From Anaerohalosphaeraceae bacterium (GTDB lineage: Bacteria > Planctomycetota > Phycisphaerae > Sedimentisphaerales > Anaerohalosphaeraceae), in assembly GCA_050309605.1 (NCBI GenBank), contig JBNRMN010000052.1:3794-67793 (forward strand): DNA of 64,000 bases, written 5' to 3'. Of the stretch, positions 20,203 through 29,927 are shown piece after piece. A program made the position numbers and the translations under genes. Numbering within the stretch: position 1 is the first letter of the stretch; each line of letters begins with the position of its first letter. The notes below the pieces were generated by a model that did not search any database, had not been told where the DNA came from, and saw only the letters and a list, made by a program, of their open reading frames with translations.

Positions 20203-22491
20203 TTATGCGCTGCCGCCTTCTTCGGTCAGGGTTTCAATGCCGATCCTGCCCAGCGTCTTAAACAGCAAGATTGTCGCCGCCAGAGCCGCACCGGACAGAA
20301 CAAATCCCCACGCCAGATTGCCGTAAATAAAATTGCCCACCGCAAACAGAGACGCATAAATCACCACGCACCCCAGGAACACGCACAAGATCTGATACGG
20401 CATCTTCCAGTCGCCCACCGCGTCGGTCCGGTCAATCTCCACGCCTTCGGCGCGGGCGTCCATAACCACTTTTCGCCAGCCCGGACCGCCGGGATGACAC
20501 AGCCGGTAAAAATTACGCAGCGTCTGTTGATCCGCCGGCCGAGTCAAAAACGTCGCTGTCAGCCACACCACCGTAACAATGCCAACGCACACCAGAAGCT
20601 GTACCGAGAATTTCAGATGATTCAGCGCGGGGTGAAAGATATAAATCGCAGTGCCTTTGACAACACCGTCAAAGGTCATCGCAATCTCGTCCACAGTGGC
20701 CGCCTCCACCAAGCCGAGCCGCGCACGGCGTTTGTTTTCGCGCTCAAACTCACACTGTCTCTGGTATTCACAAAACGTCTCAAAGTCTTCCTGCCACGGC
20801 CTGCCCTCTATCGCCTCAACCAGAACCGGCACAGACGCCGCCGTTCTCAACTGCTCAAGCTCCTGCAGTTTGGCGTCATATCGGGCACGGGCCGCATCCC
20901 GCGCATCGGACCCCTGGTCCCTGGCCTTGCGCCACGCTGCAACGAGCGTCTCAAGTTCGGCATCGACCTGATCAATGTGACGTTGATATTGGCGTTGTTC
21001 TGCAACTACCGTATTGACCGTTTCGACGTCTTGAATGGAAAAGACCTGATCCCGCACGACGGGACTGTCAACATACCATTTGATCGTGCCTTTATCGCCG
21101 ACGCCCAGCACAATCCAAAAGGCCACGATTGTCGCAGCCACCATCGCGATGATTTCCGTCCAGGCGTTAATCCGCCACCAGAACCACCGCAGCAAATAGA
21201 TCGCCCCGGTTCCCGCACCGGACAACAGCAAGATCTCAAACGCCTGATTGGCGTCCTCCAGAAACGTCAGGGCGAAAAAACCGGCAATCAGCATCAGCAT
21301 CACCGTACAGATCCGACCGGCCAACACCAATTCTTTTTCAGAGGCATTGGGTTTCATAAACCGTTTGTACCAGTCGTTGACGACATAAGAAGACCCCCAG
21401 TTCAGATGCGTTCCGATGGTGGACATATAGGCCGCAATCAGCGAGGCCACCACCAATCCGAGCAGGCCCGGCCCCATCTTGGAAATCATCACCGGATAGG
21501 CGATATCATGCCGCAGATAGGTCGGATCGATGCCGGGAAACTCCGATTTGATGCTTTCCAGCGACGGATACACCACAATCGAGGCCAGCGCCACGATAAT
21601 CCACGGCCACGGACGCATTGCATAATGCATAAAATTAAAAAACAGCGTTGCCCCGATGGCGTTTTTTTCATCTTTGGCCGAGAGCATCCGCTGGGCGATA
21701 TATCCCCCGCCACCGGGTTCAGCACCCGGATACCACACGCTCCACCACTGAACCGCCACGGGAATCAGCAGCAGCGGCACCCACGCCAGCCAGTTCGAAA
21801 AGTCCGGCATCCAGCTTAATTTCCCGACCACCTCCGGGTGAGCCAGCAAAGCGTTTAGTCCGCCGACTTCCGGCTGATTGCACGCGACCACCGCCGCATA
21901 GACCGCCCCGAACATCGCCACCGAGTACTGGAAAAAGTCCGCCCAGATACAGCTTTTGATGCCCCCGGCCGTGGCGTAAATCACAACCCCGGCCGAGCCG
22001 AGCACCACCGCCACCCACGGCTTGACGTCAAAAATCACCTGCCCGATTTTGATCGCCGCCAACGTGACTGTGCCCATAATCAAACAGTTGAAAAAAATCC
22101 CCAGATACAGCGACCGAAACCCGCGGATAAAGGCCGCACTTTTGCCGCTGTAGCGCAGCTCATAAAACTCCAGATCCGTCATCACCCGCGACCGCCGCCA
22201 TAGCTGGGCATAGATAAACACCGTCACCATACCGGTAATTAAAAACGCCCACCATCCCCAGTTGGCCACCACGCCGCCGCCGCGCACCATTCCCGTGACC
22301 AGGTTGGGCGTATCGCAGGAAAACGTGCACGCCACCATCGAGACGCCCAGCAGCCACCACGGCATACTGCGGCCGCCGAGAAAAAACTCCGCCGAACTGC
22401 GCCCCGCCGTTTTGGAAACAATCAAACCGATGGCGACAATCGCCGCAAAGAATACCACAAGAATCAACCAGTCTATCCCTGCCAGTGCCAT
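20203..22491 (-). CDS. Sodium:solute symporter family (SSF) transporter with a ~150-aa internal hydrophilic coiled-coil insert
   Basis: It has many TM helices. The SSF-like N-terminal half includes GGRSMPWW. A charged, helical insert lies at about nt 20640-21100 (QRHIDQVDAELETLVAAWRKARDQGSDARDAARARYDAKLQELEQLR). Confidence 0.8.
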   Translation of the reverse strand: MALAGIDWLILVVFFAAIVAIGLIVSKTAGRSSAEFFLGGRSMPWWLLGVSMVACTFSCDTPNLVTGMVRGGGVVANWGWWAFLITGMVTVFIYAQLWRRSRVMTDLEFYELRYSGKSAAFIRGFRSLYLGIFFNCLIMGTVTLAAIKIGQVIFDVKPWVAVVLGSAGVVIYATAGGIKSCIWADFFQYSVAMFGAVYAAVVACNQPEVGGLNALLAHPEVVGKLSWMPDFSNWLAWVPLLLIPVAVQWWSVWYPGAEPGGGGYIAQRMLSAKDEKNAIGATLFFNFMHYAMRPWPWIIVALASIVVYPSLESIKSEFPGIDPTYLRHDIAYPVMISKMGPGLLGLVVASLIAAYMSTIGTHLNWGSSYVVNDWYKRFMKPNASEKELVLAGRICTVMLMLIAGFFALTFLEDANQAFEILLLSGAGTGAIYLLRWFWWRINAWTEIIAMVAATIVAFWIVLGVGDKGTIKWYVDSPVVRDQVFSIQDVETVNTVVAEQRQYQRHIDQVDAELETLVAAWRKARDQGSDARDAARARYDAKLQELEQLRTAASVPVLVEAIEGRPWQEDFETFCEYQRQCEFERENKRRARLGLVEAATVDEIAMTFDGVVKGTAIYIFHPALNHLKFSVQLLVCVGIVTVVWLTATFLTRPADQQTLRNFYRLCHPGGPGWRKVVMDARAEGVEIDRTDAVGDWKMPYQILCVFLGCVVIYASLFAVGNFIYGNLAWGFVLSGAALAATILLFKTLGRIGIETLTEEGGSA

Positions 22492-22512
22492 ACAGCCTTC
22501 CTTTTCTAATGA

Positions 22513-23439
22513 TTACGATTTATTCTGCCTGCCGCGAAAAAATTCAATGGTCTCGGCAAGCCCTCGTTCAAAATCCGTCTGCAGAGTAAATCCGGCATCG
22601 GTTATTTTGTCGATGCTCGCCAGTGAATGTTTGACATCGCCGGCGCGAACCGGAGCGTACTGAATCTCGGACGACGAGCCGGTCAGGTCGATAATGTGTC
22701 GGGCGATCTCGTTAATCGTCTGCCGCCTCCCGCACGCCACATTATACACACCGCTCAAAGAGTCGTGCTCGGCCAGAAACACATTGGCCCCCACGATATC
22801 CTTGACGAAAATAAAATCCCGCGTCTGGGCGCCGTCGCCGAAAATCGTTATCGGCTCGTTGCGCAGCGCCTTATGAATAAAAATCGGAATCGCCGCGGCA
22901 TACGGACTGTTCGGATCCTGCCGCGGTCCGAACACATTAAAATACCGCATACAGGCCGTCGGCAGCCAGCCTTCCTGAGCATATATACTGCAATAATATT
23001 CACCGTCCAGCTTGGTCACCGCATACGGACTTTTCGGTTCGGGGATCATCGTCTCGACCTTGGGCACCGCGGGATTGTCGCCATAGATTGCCGCCGAACT
23101 GCTGAAACAGAGTTTTTTAACACCGGCCCAGGCCGCTTCCTGCAGCACAATCGTCGTGCCCTGCGTATTGATGGTGATGCACTCTTCGGGATGATCCATC
23201 GATTCGGGCACACTGATCATCGCCGCCAGATGAAACACATAATCCACATCCTGCATCGCGGCCTTGACATCCCTGCGTGAGGCCACCGATCCGTCGATGA
23301 ATTCGCAGTCAATACCGTCCAGATTCTCACGCCGGCCCGTACGCAGATTGTCCAGCACACGAACCTGTGCCTTGTCGGCATAATACGCCGCGATATGACT
23401 GCCGATAAAACCGGCCCCGCCTGTTACAAGGACGCGCAT
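22513..23439 (-). CDS. NAD-dependent sugar-nucleotide 4-epimerase (UDP-Glc/UDP-GlcNAc 4-epimerase-like SDR)
   Basis: Seen: MRVLVTGGAGFIGSH (Rossmann fold), the catalytic SPYAVTK (YxxxK), and a WbpP/TviC-like length. I placed the start at M16 of the track ORF. Confidence 0.85.
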   Translation of the reverse strand: MRVLVTGGAGFIGSHIAAYYADKAQVRVLDNLRTGRRENLDGIDCEFIDGSVASRRDVKAAMQDVDYVFHLAAMISVPESMDHPEECITINTQGTTIVLQEAAWAGVKKLCFSSSAAIYGDNPAVPKVETMIPEPKSPYAVTKLDGEYYCSIYAQEGWLPTACMRYFNVFGPRQDPNSPYAAAIPIFIHKALRNEPITIFGDGAQTRDFIFVKDIVGANVFLAEHDSLSGVYNVACGRRQTINEIARHIIDLTGSSSEIQYAPVRAGDVKHSLASIDKITDAGFTLQTDFERGLAETIEFFRGRQNKS

Positions 23440-24578
23440 TGTCCGGTTCTCCCAGAGACGGCCGACCGGGCGGCGTCTCGCCAAATGGTTTCCGTAATTC
23501 GATGCATCCGATCCTCCTGCTCAATCATCGATTGCACCAGCTTCATTTGTGTTCGGGCGCGATCCAGATTATGCTCGGGTCGGGCGATCTTGTAATACAC
23601 ATCGCCGGCCAGATAGTCGCCCAGAAAGCGAATCATCTGCTCAAACGTGATCAATTTGCCCGCAAAGGCCAGATACTGCTTCTCGATCGGCGTAAAAAAC
23701 GTCTCCGCCTCGACCGCAAATCCCCGCGCAATCGGTTCAAACAGCGAGATATCCATCCACACGTTCGACAAATCCCGCTCATCCTCAGCGGCCGGACACG
23801 TCGCCGTGCGAACCATATCGCCCACATCATACAGCGACAGCCCCGGCATCACCGTATCCAGGTCAATCACACACACACCCTTGTCAGTCGTCCGATCAAA
23901 CAGCACATTGTTGATTTTGGTATCGTTGTGTGTCACGCGAACGGGAATCTTGCCTTGATTCTGAAGCTCCACCAGCACGCCGCATATCTCGGCATGGTTC
24001 TGAACAAAGGCGATTTCCTCTTTGACCTGAGCGGCTCGGTTGCAGGGGTCTTTGTCCAGCACCTTACCGAACGCTTCAAGCCGCTTGGGCGTATGATGAA
24101 AATCCGGTATCGTCTCATGCAGCGGACCGCCCGGCAGATCGCTGAGCATCTTCTGAAACGCACCAAACATCCGCGCCGCCTCATACGCCTGAGCGGGACT
24201 GCTCAGCACATCATAGGACACCGTTGACTCGATCCGATTGTACATACGCCAGTAATTGCCCTCCGGACACCGATAGCAGCCCGCCTGATCCCGCGTGCGG
24301 ATAACGCGAAGCTGCCGAGCCCCCAGCGCCGGATTGTATTGGACGGTTTGACGGCGGATATGCTCGGTAACACGGAGCACATTGTCCATCAGGGCAAACG
24401 GATACCGAAACACCTTATGGTTGATCCGCTGCAAAATGTAACGAACCGTCGATCCGTCGCAGTCGGCCTGAACCGAATAGGTATCATTGATATGACCGCC
24501 GCCGAACGGTTCTATTCGCTCAACCCGTCCGGCAATCTCAAACTGTTCGACAATTGTTTTCAGGTGGTTGTTCATCAC
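23424..24578 (-). CDS. N-acetylhexosamine 1-kinase-like anomeric sugar kinase (NahK/LnpB family, APH fold)
   Basis: These motifs match what I recall of Bifidobacterium NahK: IEPFGGGHINDTYSV, YILQRINHKVF, IPVRVTHNDTKINNVLFD, VIDLDTVMPG and PEHNLDRARTQMKLVQSM. Confidence 0.75.
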   Translation of the reverse strand: MMNNHLKTIVEQFEIAGRVERIEPFGGGHINDTYSVQADCDGSTVRYILQRINHKVFRYPFALMDNVLRVTEHIRRQTVQYNPALGARQLRVIRTRDQAGCYRCPEGNYWRMYNRIESTVSYDVLSSPAQAYEAARMFGAFQKMLSDLPGGPLHETIPDFHHTPKRLEAFGKVLDKDPCNRAAQVKEEIAFVQNHAEICGVLVELQNQGKIPVRVTHNDTKINNVLFDRTTDKGVCVIDLDTVMPGLSLYDVGDMVRTATCPAAEDERDLSNVWMDISLFEPIARGFAVEAETFFTPIEKQYLAFAGKLITFEQMIRFLGDYLAGDVYYKIARPEHNLDRARTQMKLVQSMIEQEDRMHRITETIWRDAARSAVSGRTGQCASL

Positions 24579-24592
24579 AAAGCCTTTGCTGT

Positions 24593-26560
24593 CTATTCGT
24601 CTTTCGTAATGCTGATGATGCCGTTGGAATCCGATCCGCCGTCGCTGCGAACCACCGCACGCAGCCGATACGCCGCCTGCGGATCAAAATCCTTTTGGGG
24701 AACGACAAGCTTGTATGTATTGCGATAATTCGAGCCGCCGGTGCGCCCCTCATGAACATCCGTCGCAACCAAAACGTCGCCGCTGAGAAGCTGTACCTCG
24801 CGAATATCCAGGCGATGAGCGCCGTGCGTATAGGAAAAGTGAACCGTATAGGTTCCCGGCTCTTGAAGATGGCCGCCCACATCCCAGGTCATCGGTTGAT
24901 AGGTCTCATCGGTCTGCCCCGACGACCAGCGGCCGATTTCAATCCGCGGCGGATCCAGCGGACGATAATGCATCTTCACGTAGGAAAGTCGCTGGGTATG
25001 CCGGGTCATCCGATTGTAAAAATCGGAATAATCCTTTCTTTCCATCGGCGTCCAGGCAATTTCCGACAGTGCACACCCCCGCGGAAACGCCATATAAGCG
25101 GCATGTTCCGGCGTGGAAATGTATTCCGTCCAGATTTGAGCCTGCACCCCCAGGATATGCTTTTTCTGGGTGTCTGTCAGCACGCTCGGAACCGGATCAT
25201 ACGAATAGACTCTTTCCAGCGGTATAAATCCGCCGATGGCCAGCGGCTCTGTTTGGGGATCGGCCTGATAATAATCAAAATAAAGGTGCGTATTGGACGC
25301 CATCACCACATCATGGCCGGCCCGTGCGGCCTGGATGCCTCCGCTTTCGCCGCGCCAGCTCATCACCGTCGCGTTCGGCGCCAGCCCCCCTTCCAGAATC
25401 TCATCCCAGCCGATCAGACGCCGTCCATGGGCGTTCAGGAATCTCTCGATTCGCTGAACAAAATAGCTTTGCAGCTCGTGTTCATCGGCCAGCCCTTCCT
25501 GTTCGATTCGCGCCTGACAGTGGGGACAGGCTTCCCATCGCACCTTAGGGCACTCGTCCCCGCCGATATGAATATACTCACCGGGGAACAGTTCCATCGT
25601 TTCGGTCAGAACATCTTTGAGAAACTCAAACACCTTGTCGTTGCCGGCACAATAAACATCCCGCATAATACCCCATCGGGTTTGCACTTCAAACGGTCCG
25701 CCCGTGCAGGACAATTCAGGATAGGCCGCAAGCACCGCCATACAATGTCCGGGCATCTCGATTTCAGGCACAATGGTAATAAACTGCTGCTGAGCATACG
25801 CAACAATCTCGCGGATTTCCTCTTGGGTATAAAACCCGCCGTGCGGCGTCCCGTCGTAGTCTTGGGTATTGCGCCCGAGGACTGTCTCTTTGCGCCAGGA
25901 CGATATCTCTGTCAGTTTCGGATACTTCTTGATCTCGATCCGCCAGCCCTGATCTTCGTTCAGATGCCAGTGGAAGGTATTCATTTTATGCAGCGCCAGC
26001 ACATCAATGAATTTCATCACAAATTCCTTCGGCATAAAATGACGCGACGTATCCAGCATCATTCCGCGCCAGCCGAACCGGGGATAATCTTCAATCTTCA
26101 CGCACGGCACAGTCCACGCCGCGCCCTGGACTTTCGAGGGGCTGAATATCTCTGTCGGCAAGAGCTGCCGCAGCGTCTGTCCGCCGTAAAACAACCCCGC
26201 CGGCGACGGGGCCGTAATCACCACCTGTCGGACGCCTGCATCCAGACGATAGCCTTCCTGACCCAACGCCTCGAGCGACGGATCTATCTTCAGAACGATC
26301 CGATTCGCCTGATCCGACACCCAGCGTCGCACAGGCAGCGCAAACCCTGTGGCCGGGCGCAACTGCGCAGCCAGCCGACGACCGACCGACTCAGAAGCGT
26401 GTTCAACCGCGATAACGGTATCGGAGGTCACCTCGAATTCGCCTGACTGCACCTCCAGTTTTACCGGTTGAGGAATAATCGAAACCGTCGATTGGCCGAT
26501 TGCCGCGCTGGCGACTATTGTCATCGTCATAAGAGATACGAATCTTCGCAAACCATTCAT
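24593..26560 (-). CDS. Beta-N-acetylhexosaminidase (GH20) with an extra C-terminal beta-sandwich-like domain
   Basis: Seen: DTSRHF, FHWHLNEDQGWR and the catalytic pair YIHIGGDE. A signal peptide follows M26. I moved the start to 26560 to avoid overlap with the upstream gene. Confidence 0.9.
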   Translation of the reverse strand: MNGLRRFVSLMTMTIVASAAIGQSTVSIIPQPVKLEVQSGEFEVTSDTVIAVEHASESVGRRLAAQLRPATGFALPVRRWVSDQANRIVLKIDPSLEALGQEGYRLDAGVRQVVITAPSPAGLFYGGQTLRQLLPTEIFSPSKVQGAAWTVPCVKIEDYPRFGWRGMMLDTSRHFMPKEFVMKFIDVLALHKMNTFHWHLNEDQGWRIEIKKYPKLTEISSWRKETVLGRNTQDYDGTPHGGFYTQEEIREIVAYAQQQFITIVPEIEMPGHCMAVLAAYPELSCTGGPFEVQTRWGIMRDVYCAGNDKVFEFLKDVLTETMELFPGEYIHIGGDECPKVRWEACPHCQARIEQEGLADEHELQSYFVQRIERFLNAHGRRLIGWDEILEGGLAPNATVMSWRGESGGIQAARAGHDVVMASNTHLYFDYYQADPQTEPLAIGGFIPLERVYSYDPVPSVLTDTQKKHILGVQAQIWTEYISTPEHAAYMAFPRGCALSEIAWTPMERKDYSDFYNRMTRHTQRLSYVKMHYRPLDPPRIEIGRWSSGQTDETYQPMTWDVGGHLQEPGTYTVHFSYTHGAHRLDIREVQLLSGDVLVATDVHEGRTGGSNYRNTYKLVVPQKDFDPQAAYRLRAVVRSDGGSDSNGIISITKDE

Positions 26561-26579
26561 AGGCACTGTCCTTTCCAAT

Positions 26580-27512
26580 TTATCTTGACTGACTATCTCT
26601 CGCATACAGATATTCGGGATAAACGCCCTGCTCAATCAATTGACGTACCTTCTCCTGAGCGATCGCCTGATCCTCGCGATACGTGATGCCGAACCAATTC
26701 TCGTTTGTGCTTAGAATTTGAACCTTTCTGAGACCTTTATGAATTAAGGCATCAACCGCTGTTGGAATGCCGAATTCACTTGTTGGGTTATCGCCCTCTG
26801 TTTTCAGGTAGCCGTCAAACTGCATCTGTAGAAAATCAAAAACATCCGACCCCAGCCCCCACAAATTCATCGACACATATTCCTCCCCCGACAGCCGATG
26901 CGACGCGCCCGAAGCGTCCTGATAAACGGCGCCTGTGCCGTCTTTTCGAATGCCGGTGCATTCCTGAATCGAAGTCAGCCTCATCTGCGCGTCGTACCGG
27001 CACAGGCCGCGGGATACCGCCCCGTATTCCGACAGCGTATTGCGCAGAAGATACCCCACCATCGCATAATCAGCGGCCTTGCCGGCGGCCATGTTGTCCA
27101 GATGCGACGCCATCACGCGATACGCCTGGACGCCGTAATAATCGTCGGCGTTAATCACGGCAAACGGCTCATTAATCACGTCTTTGGCCACCAGAATCGC
27201 ATGCCCCGTTCCCCAGGGCTTTTCGCGATGGGCCGGCAGCGAATAGCCGTTCAGACACGCATCCAATTCCTGATAGGCATACGCCGTTTCCACCTGATTT
27301 GCAAATTTATGGCCGATCTTCTCTCGAAAGGCGTCTTCAAAATAATGGCGAATCACAAAGACGATCTTGTCAAAACCCGCTCGAAGCGCATCATAAATGG
27401 AATAGTCAATAATGATTTCACCGTTCGGGCCGACGGGGGCGATCTGTTTCAGCCCCCCGTAGCGGCTTCCCAATCCGGCGGCGATAATAAGCAGTGTTTT
27501 TTTCTTCACCAA
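26580..27512 (-). CDS. Sugar-1-phosphate nucleotidyltransferase (NTP_transferase fold)
   Basis: The N-terminal LLIIAAGLGSRYGGLKQ is a G-loop. KPWGTGHA and NADDYYG are also present. It sits in the same operon as the anomeric kinase, two genes upstream with the GH20 gene between them. Confidence 0.75.
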   Translation of the reverse strand: MVKKKTLLIIAAGLGSRYGGLKQIAPVGPNGEIIIDYSIYDALRAGFDKIVFVIRHYFEDAFREKIGHKFANQVETAYAYQELDACLNGYSLPAHREKPWGTGHAILVAKDVINEPFAVINADDYYGVQAYRVMASHLDNMAAGKAADYAMVGYLLRNTLSEYGAVSRGLCRYDAQMRLTSIQECTGIRKDGTGAVYQDASGASHRLSGEEYVSMNLWGLGSDVFDFLQMQFDGYLKTEGDNPTSEFGIPTAVDALIHKGLRKVQILSTNENWFGITYREDQAIAQEKVRQLIEQGVYPEYLYARDSQSR

Positions 27513-27523
27513 AAGACAACCCC

Positions 27524-29893
27524 TTAATCAAATGCCTCAATGGACTTGCGCAGCGTTCGACACGACTGGTAAAACTCGTCCGGCTCCATTTCTTTGAGGA
27601 AGACGAACCCCCGCGTTGCGCGAATCAGCGGGCTTTTGTGATTGTAAAACCATTCCCGCCCCAGACAGGTCTTGAGCACCTGATACTGCTGAACCTGAAT
27701 CCGCTGAGCCAGTTCCGAAAACGGCCCGTCGTGCTCATAACTGGGAAACGACGCTTCTTTCTGGCTGAGAAACGCATTCTCAAACGACTGATGCATCACC
27801 GAAAACATATTCAGGCTCACCGGCACAAACACATTCGCCTCTGACGGCTCAAACCGATACCACACATTGCGATATCCCCACACCCGAATATCATCACGTT
27901 TGGTCTTCTGTTGATAGACCTGCATCGCCTCGGAGACGGCCTGAAGCACTTTATAGTGCGTATCCGGCCCGCTGGCTTCCGGGTCCAGCGCCACGGTGAC
28001 CACGTCCGGATGAATACGCTCCAATTGTTCAACAATCGGCAGAATGTCGCGTTTGCGCGTCGGCTGCGGCGTGAACACATCCCCGGTATAAAACCCAAGC
28101 CGCAGATGCATCACATTATCGCAGTTCCAGCCGTAATAGCCCCACAGACACTCCACTTCCCACTCACGGCACATGCCTTTGAGCTGCTGAATCGCCGGCG
28201 GGTCCTGCTTGCCGGGGTACTGCGTTCGAAAATAATCCAGCAGGTCGTCAATAATCTTTTCAATCTTATCGCTTTTTTTCTGCCCGTACACCGCGTACAA
28301 ATTCCGCAAAAAGCGGCGCGCGCAGCCTTCGTCCTTCATCTCGGCGTTTCCGGCCGCCACCCCGTCCAGATACTGCCAGACATCACGATTCCGTGCCATC
28401 CGGTTGTCCGGTTCAAAATATCCCTCACGCCGCAACGCCGCAAACGAATGCGAATGATAAAACCGCCAAAGCGTGGATACCTGCCATTCCATAAACCGGT
28501 TGGTCACCGACGTAAAGCCGCTGGTCAGCGTCATAAAATGATGGCGGTTGCTCGCCTTTCGAAAATGACGCACCAAATGACCGAAATACCCCAGCATAAT
28601 ATCATCATGATGTGGTTCGGTATGCAGAAAACAGGTGTTCTCCAATACCTCAATGCCTTTTTTGATCTTCTGCTCAAGACGCTCCTGCACCTGTCGGGCC
28701 AATTGCGCGGGGGGGTGTTTTTCTTTGCGCACTGTTTCCGCGGCAAATCGATGCTGCTCAAAATCGCCGGCCGACAGACGCGAGAGCCTCTTTCTTTTCT
28801 GAACCGACAGATCAATGACATATTTTTCGATATCCGCATCACTGAGCTTTCGCTGTTTGCGCAGCCGATGATACTGCCGTTCTTCAAGTCCTTTGGCCGC
28901 CCCCTCGGTCAGATAGAACCGAGCACCCGGCAACACCTGAAGCGAAGTCGCCGGATAGCGAACGTCCTTGCCCGATTGGATCGCATGGGCCACCACATCG
29001 GCTTTCGCCTCGCCGGCGGCCATAATAATCGCGGTGCAGTCCGGGTTGCGGGTAATGGTTCGCAGGCCAATGGTAATCACATGCGACCGCCGTGCGATTT
29101 CAATCCCGCCCAGATCGCCCGCCGCGGCGGCCTGCGTCTCATAATTGGTCGGACACAGCCGTGTCGTGGAATGATGATCCGAACCGCTGATATTAAACCC
29201 GATATGACCGTCCGGCCCGATGCCGCCCAGAAAGAAGCCGATACCGCCCAATTCGGCGATGCGATCCTCATAATCCATACACCACTGGTCAATGCGCTCC
29301 AGCACATCCTTCTGCTCGCACTCCAGATTGGTCTTGGGCTGACGATAACGCAGCGTCAAATCCACCCGCTTGTCCGGCCAGACGCGCTCCAGTGTCTGCC
29401 CAGACGACAGACCGATCTTGCACGGATCGATCAGCATCGCCTTTTTCGGTTCCAGACCGAAGTTTTTGAGATAATACGTCTTGACGTAATAACAAAAGCT
29501 GTTGGCCTGGGCTGAATTGATTGGATAAAACTCATCAATCTGGACAAAATGAAGGCTTTTCATATCCGGCTTGACGGCCGGATCAATGCCCCATTCAATG
29601 AGCATCTTTTCGGTTTCGGGCTTGTGCCAGGTTTTCAGCAGATGCCGAACCCACTTGATGAAATACTCCGGCGTCTTGCCTGTCGGCAGTGAAATCAACC
29701 CGCCGGGATGCTGCTGAACCCATTCCAGAAAACGCAGCGCCGCCAATTGGCCCAGGACGGGAAAACTGTTCACCACCAAAGACGGTATCTTCTCTGTCGG
29801 CGGATAGATCATGTCATAAGCCGAACAGGCCAGCGCCTTTTTTTCGACGTGCGACAGTCGAACCGATGTTGTTACTCTTTTTTTTGCATCCAT
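27524..29893 (-). CDS. Glucosamine-6-phosphate deaminase (NagB-like) fused to a LmbE/PIG-L-like deacetylase domain and a long C-terminal region
   Basis: The NagB/6-phosphogluconolactonase fold is indicated by ISLPTGKTPEYF and GGIGPDGHIGFN. The LmbE-like motif is LHTEPHHDDIMLGY. The protein is 789 aa long. Confidence 0.75.
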   Translation of the reverse strand: MDAKKRVTTSVRLSHVEKKALACSAYDMIYPPTEKIPSLVVNSFPVLGQLAALRFLEWVQQHPGGLISLPTGKTPEYFIKWVRHLLKTWHKPETEKMLIEWGIDPAVKPDMKSLHFVQIDEFYPINSAQANSFCYYVKTYYLKNFGLEPKKAMLIDPCKIGLSSGQTLERVWPDKRVDLTLRYRQPKTNLECEQKDVLERIDQWCMDYEDRIAELGGIGFFLGGIGPDGHIGFNISGSDHHSTTRLCPTNYETQAAAAGDLGGIEIARRSHVITIGLRTITRNPDCTAIIMAAGEAKADVVAHAIQSGKDVRYPATSLQVLPGARFYLTEGAAKGLEERQYHRLRKQRKLSDADIEKYVIDLSVQKRKRLSRLSAGDFEQHRFAAETVRKEKHPPAQLARQVQERLEQKIKKGIEVLENTCFLHTEPHHDDIMLGYFGHLVRHFRKASNRHHFMTLTSGFTSVTNRFMEWQVSTLWRFYHSHSFAALRREGYFEPDNRMARNRDVWQYLDGVAAGNAEMKDEGCARRFLRNLYAVYGQKKSDKIEKIIDDLLDYFRTQYPGKQDPPAIQQLKGMCREWEVECLWGYYGWNCDNVMHLRLGFYTGDVFTPQPTRKRDILPIVEQLERIHPDVVTVALDPEASGPDTHYKVLQAVSEAMQVYQQKTKRDDIRVWGYRNVWYRFEPSEANVFVPVSLNMFSVMHQSFENAFLSQKEASFPSYEHDGPFSELAQRIQVQQYQVLKTCLGREWFYNHKSPLIRATRGFVFLKEMEPDEFYQSCRTLRKSIEAFD

Positions 29894-29927
29894 ACGTTCA
29901 CAAACAAGTAAGAAAATGTAATAAAAG

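Noticed and set aside
24554-26446. 630-aa plus-strand ORF. Similar long antisense ORFs lie at 13257-14819, 27911-29515, 20494-21819, 18123-19370, 12180-12983, 50318-51046 and 57960-58799.
   Set aside because: Each lies opposite a confidently identified gene (GH20, protease, NagB fusion, SSF, tdh, M60, SBP, dacB). All are Arg/His/Pro/Gly-rich with no motifs. They are typical shadow ORFs in GC-rich DNA.
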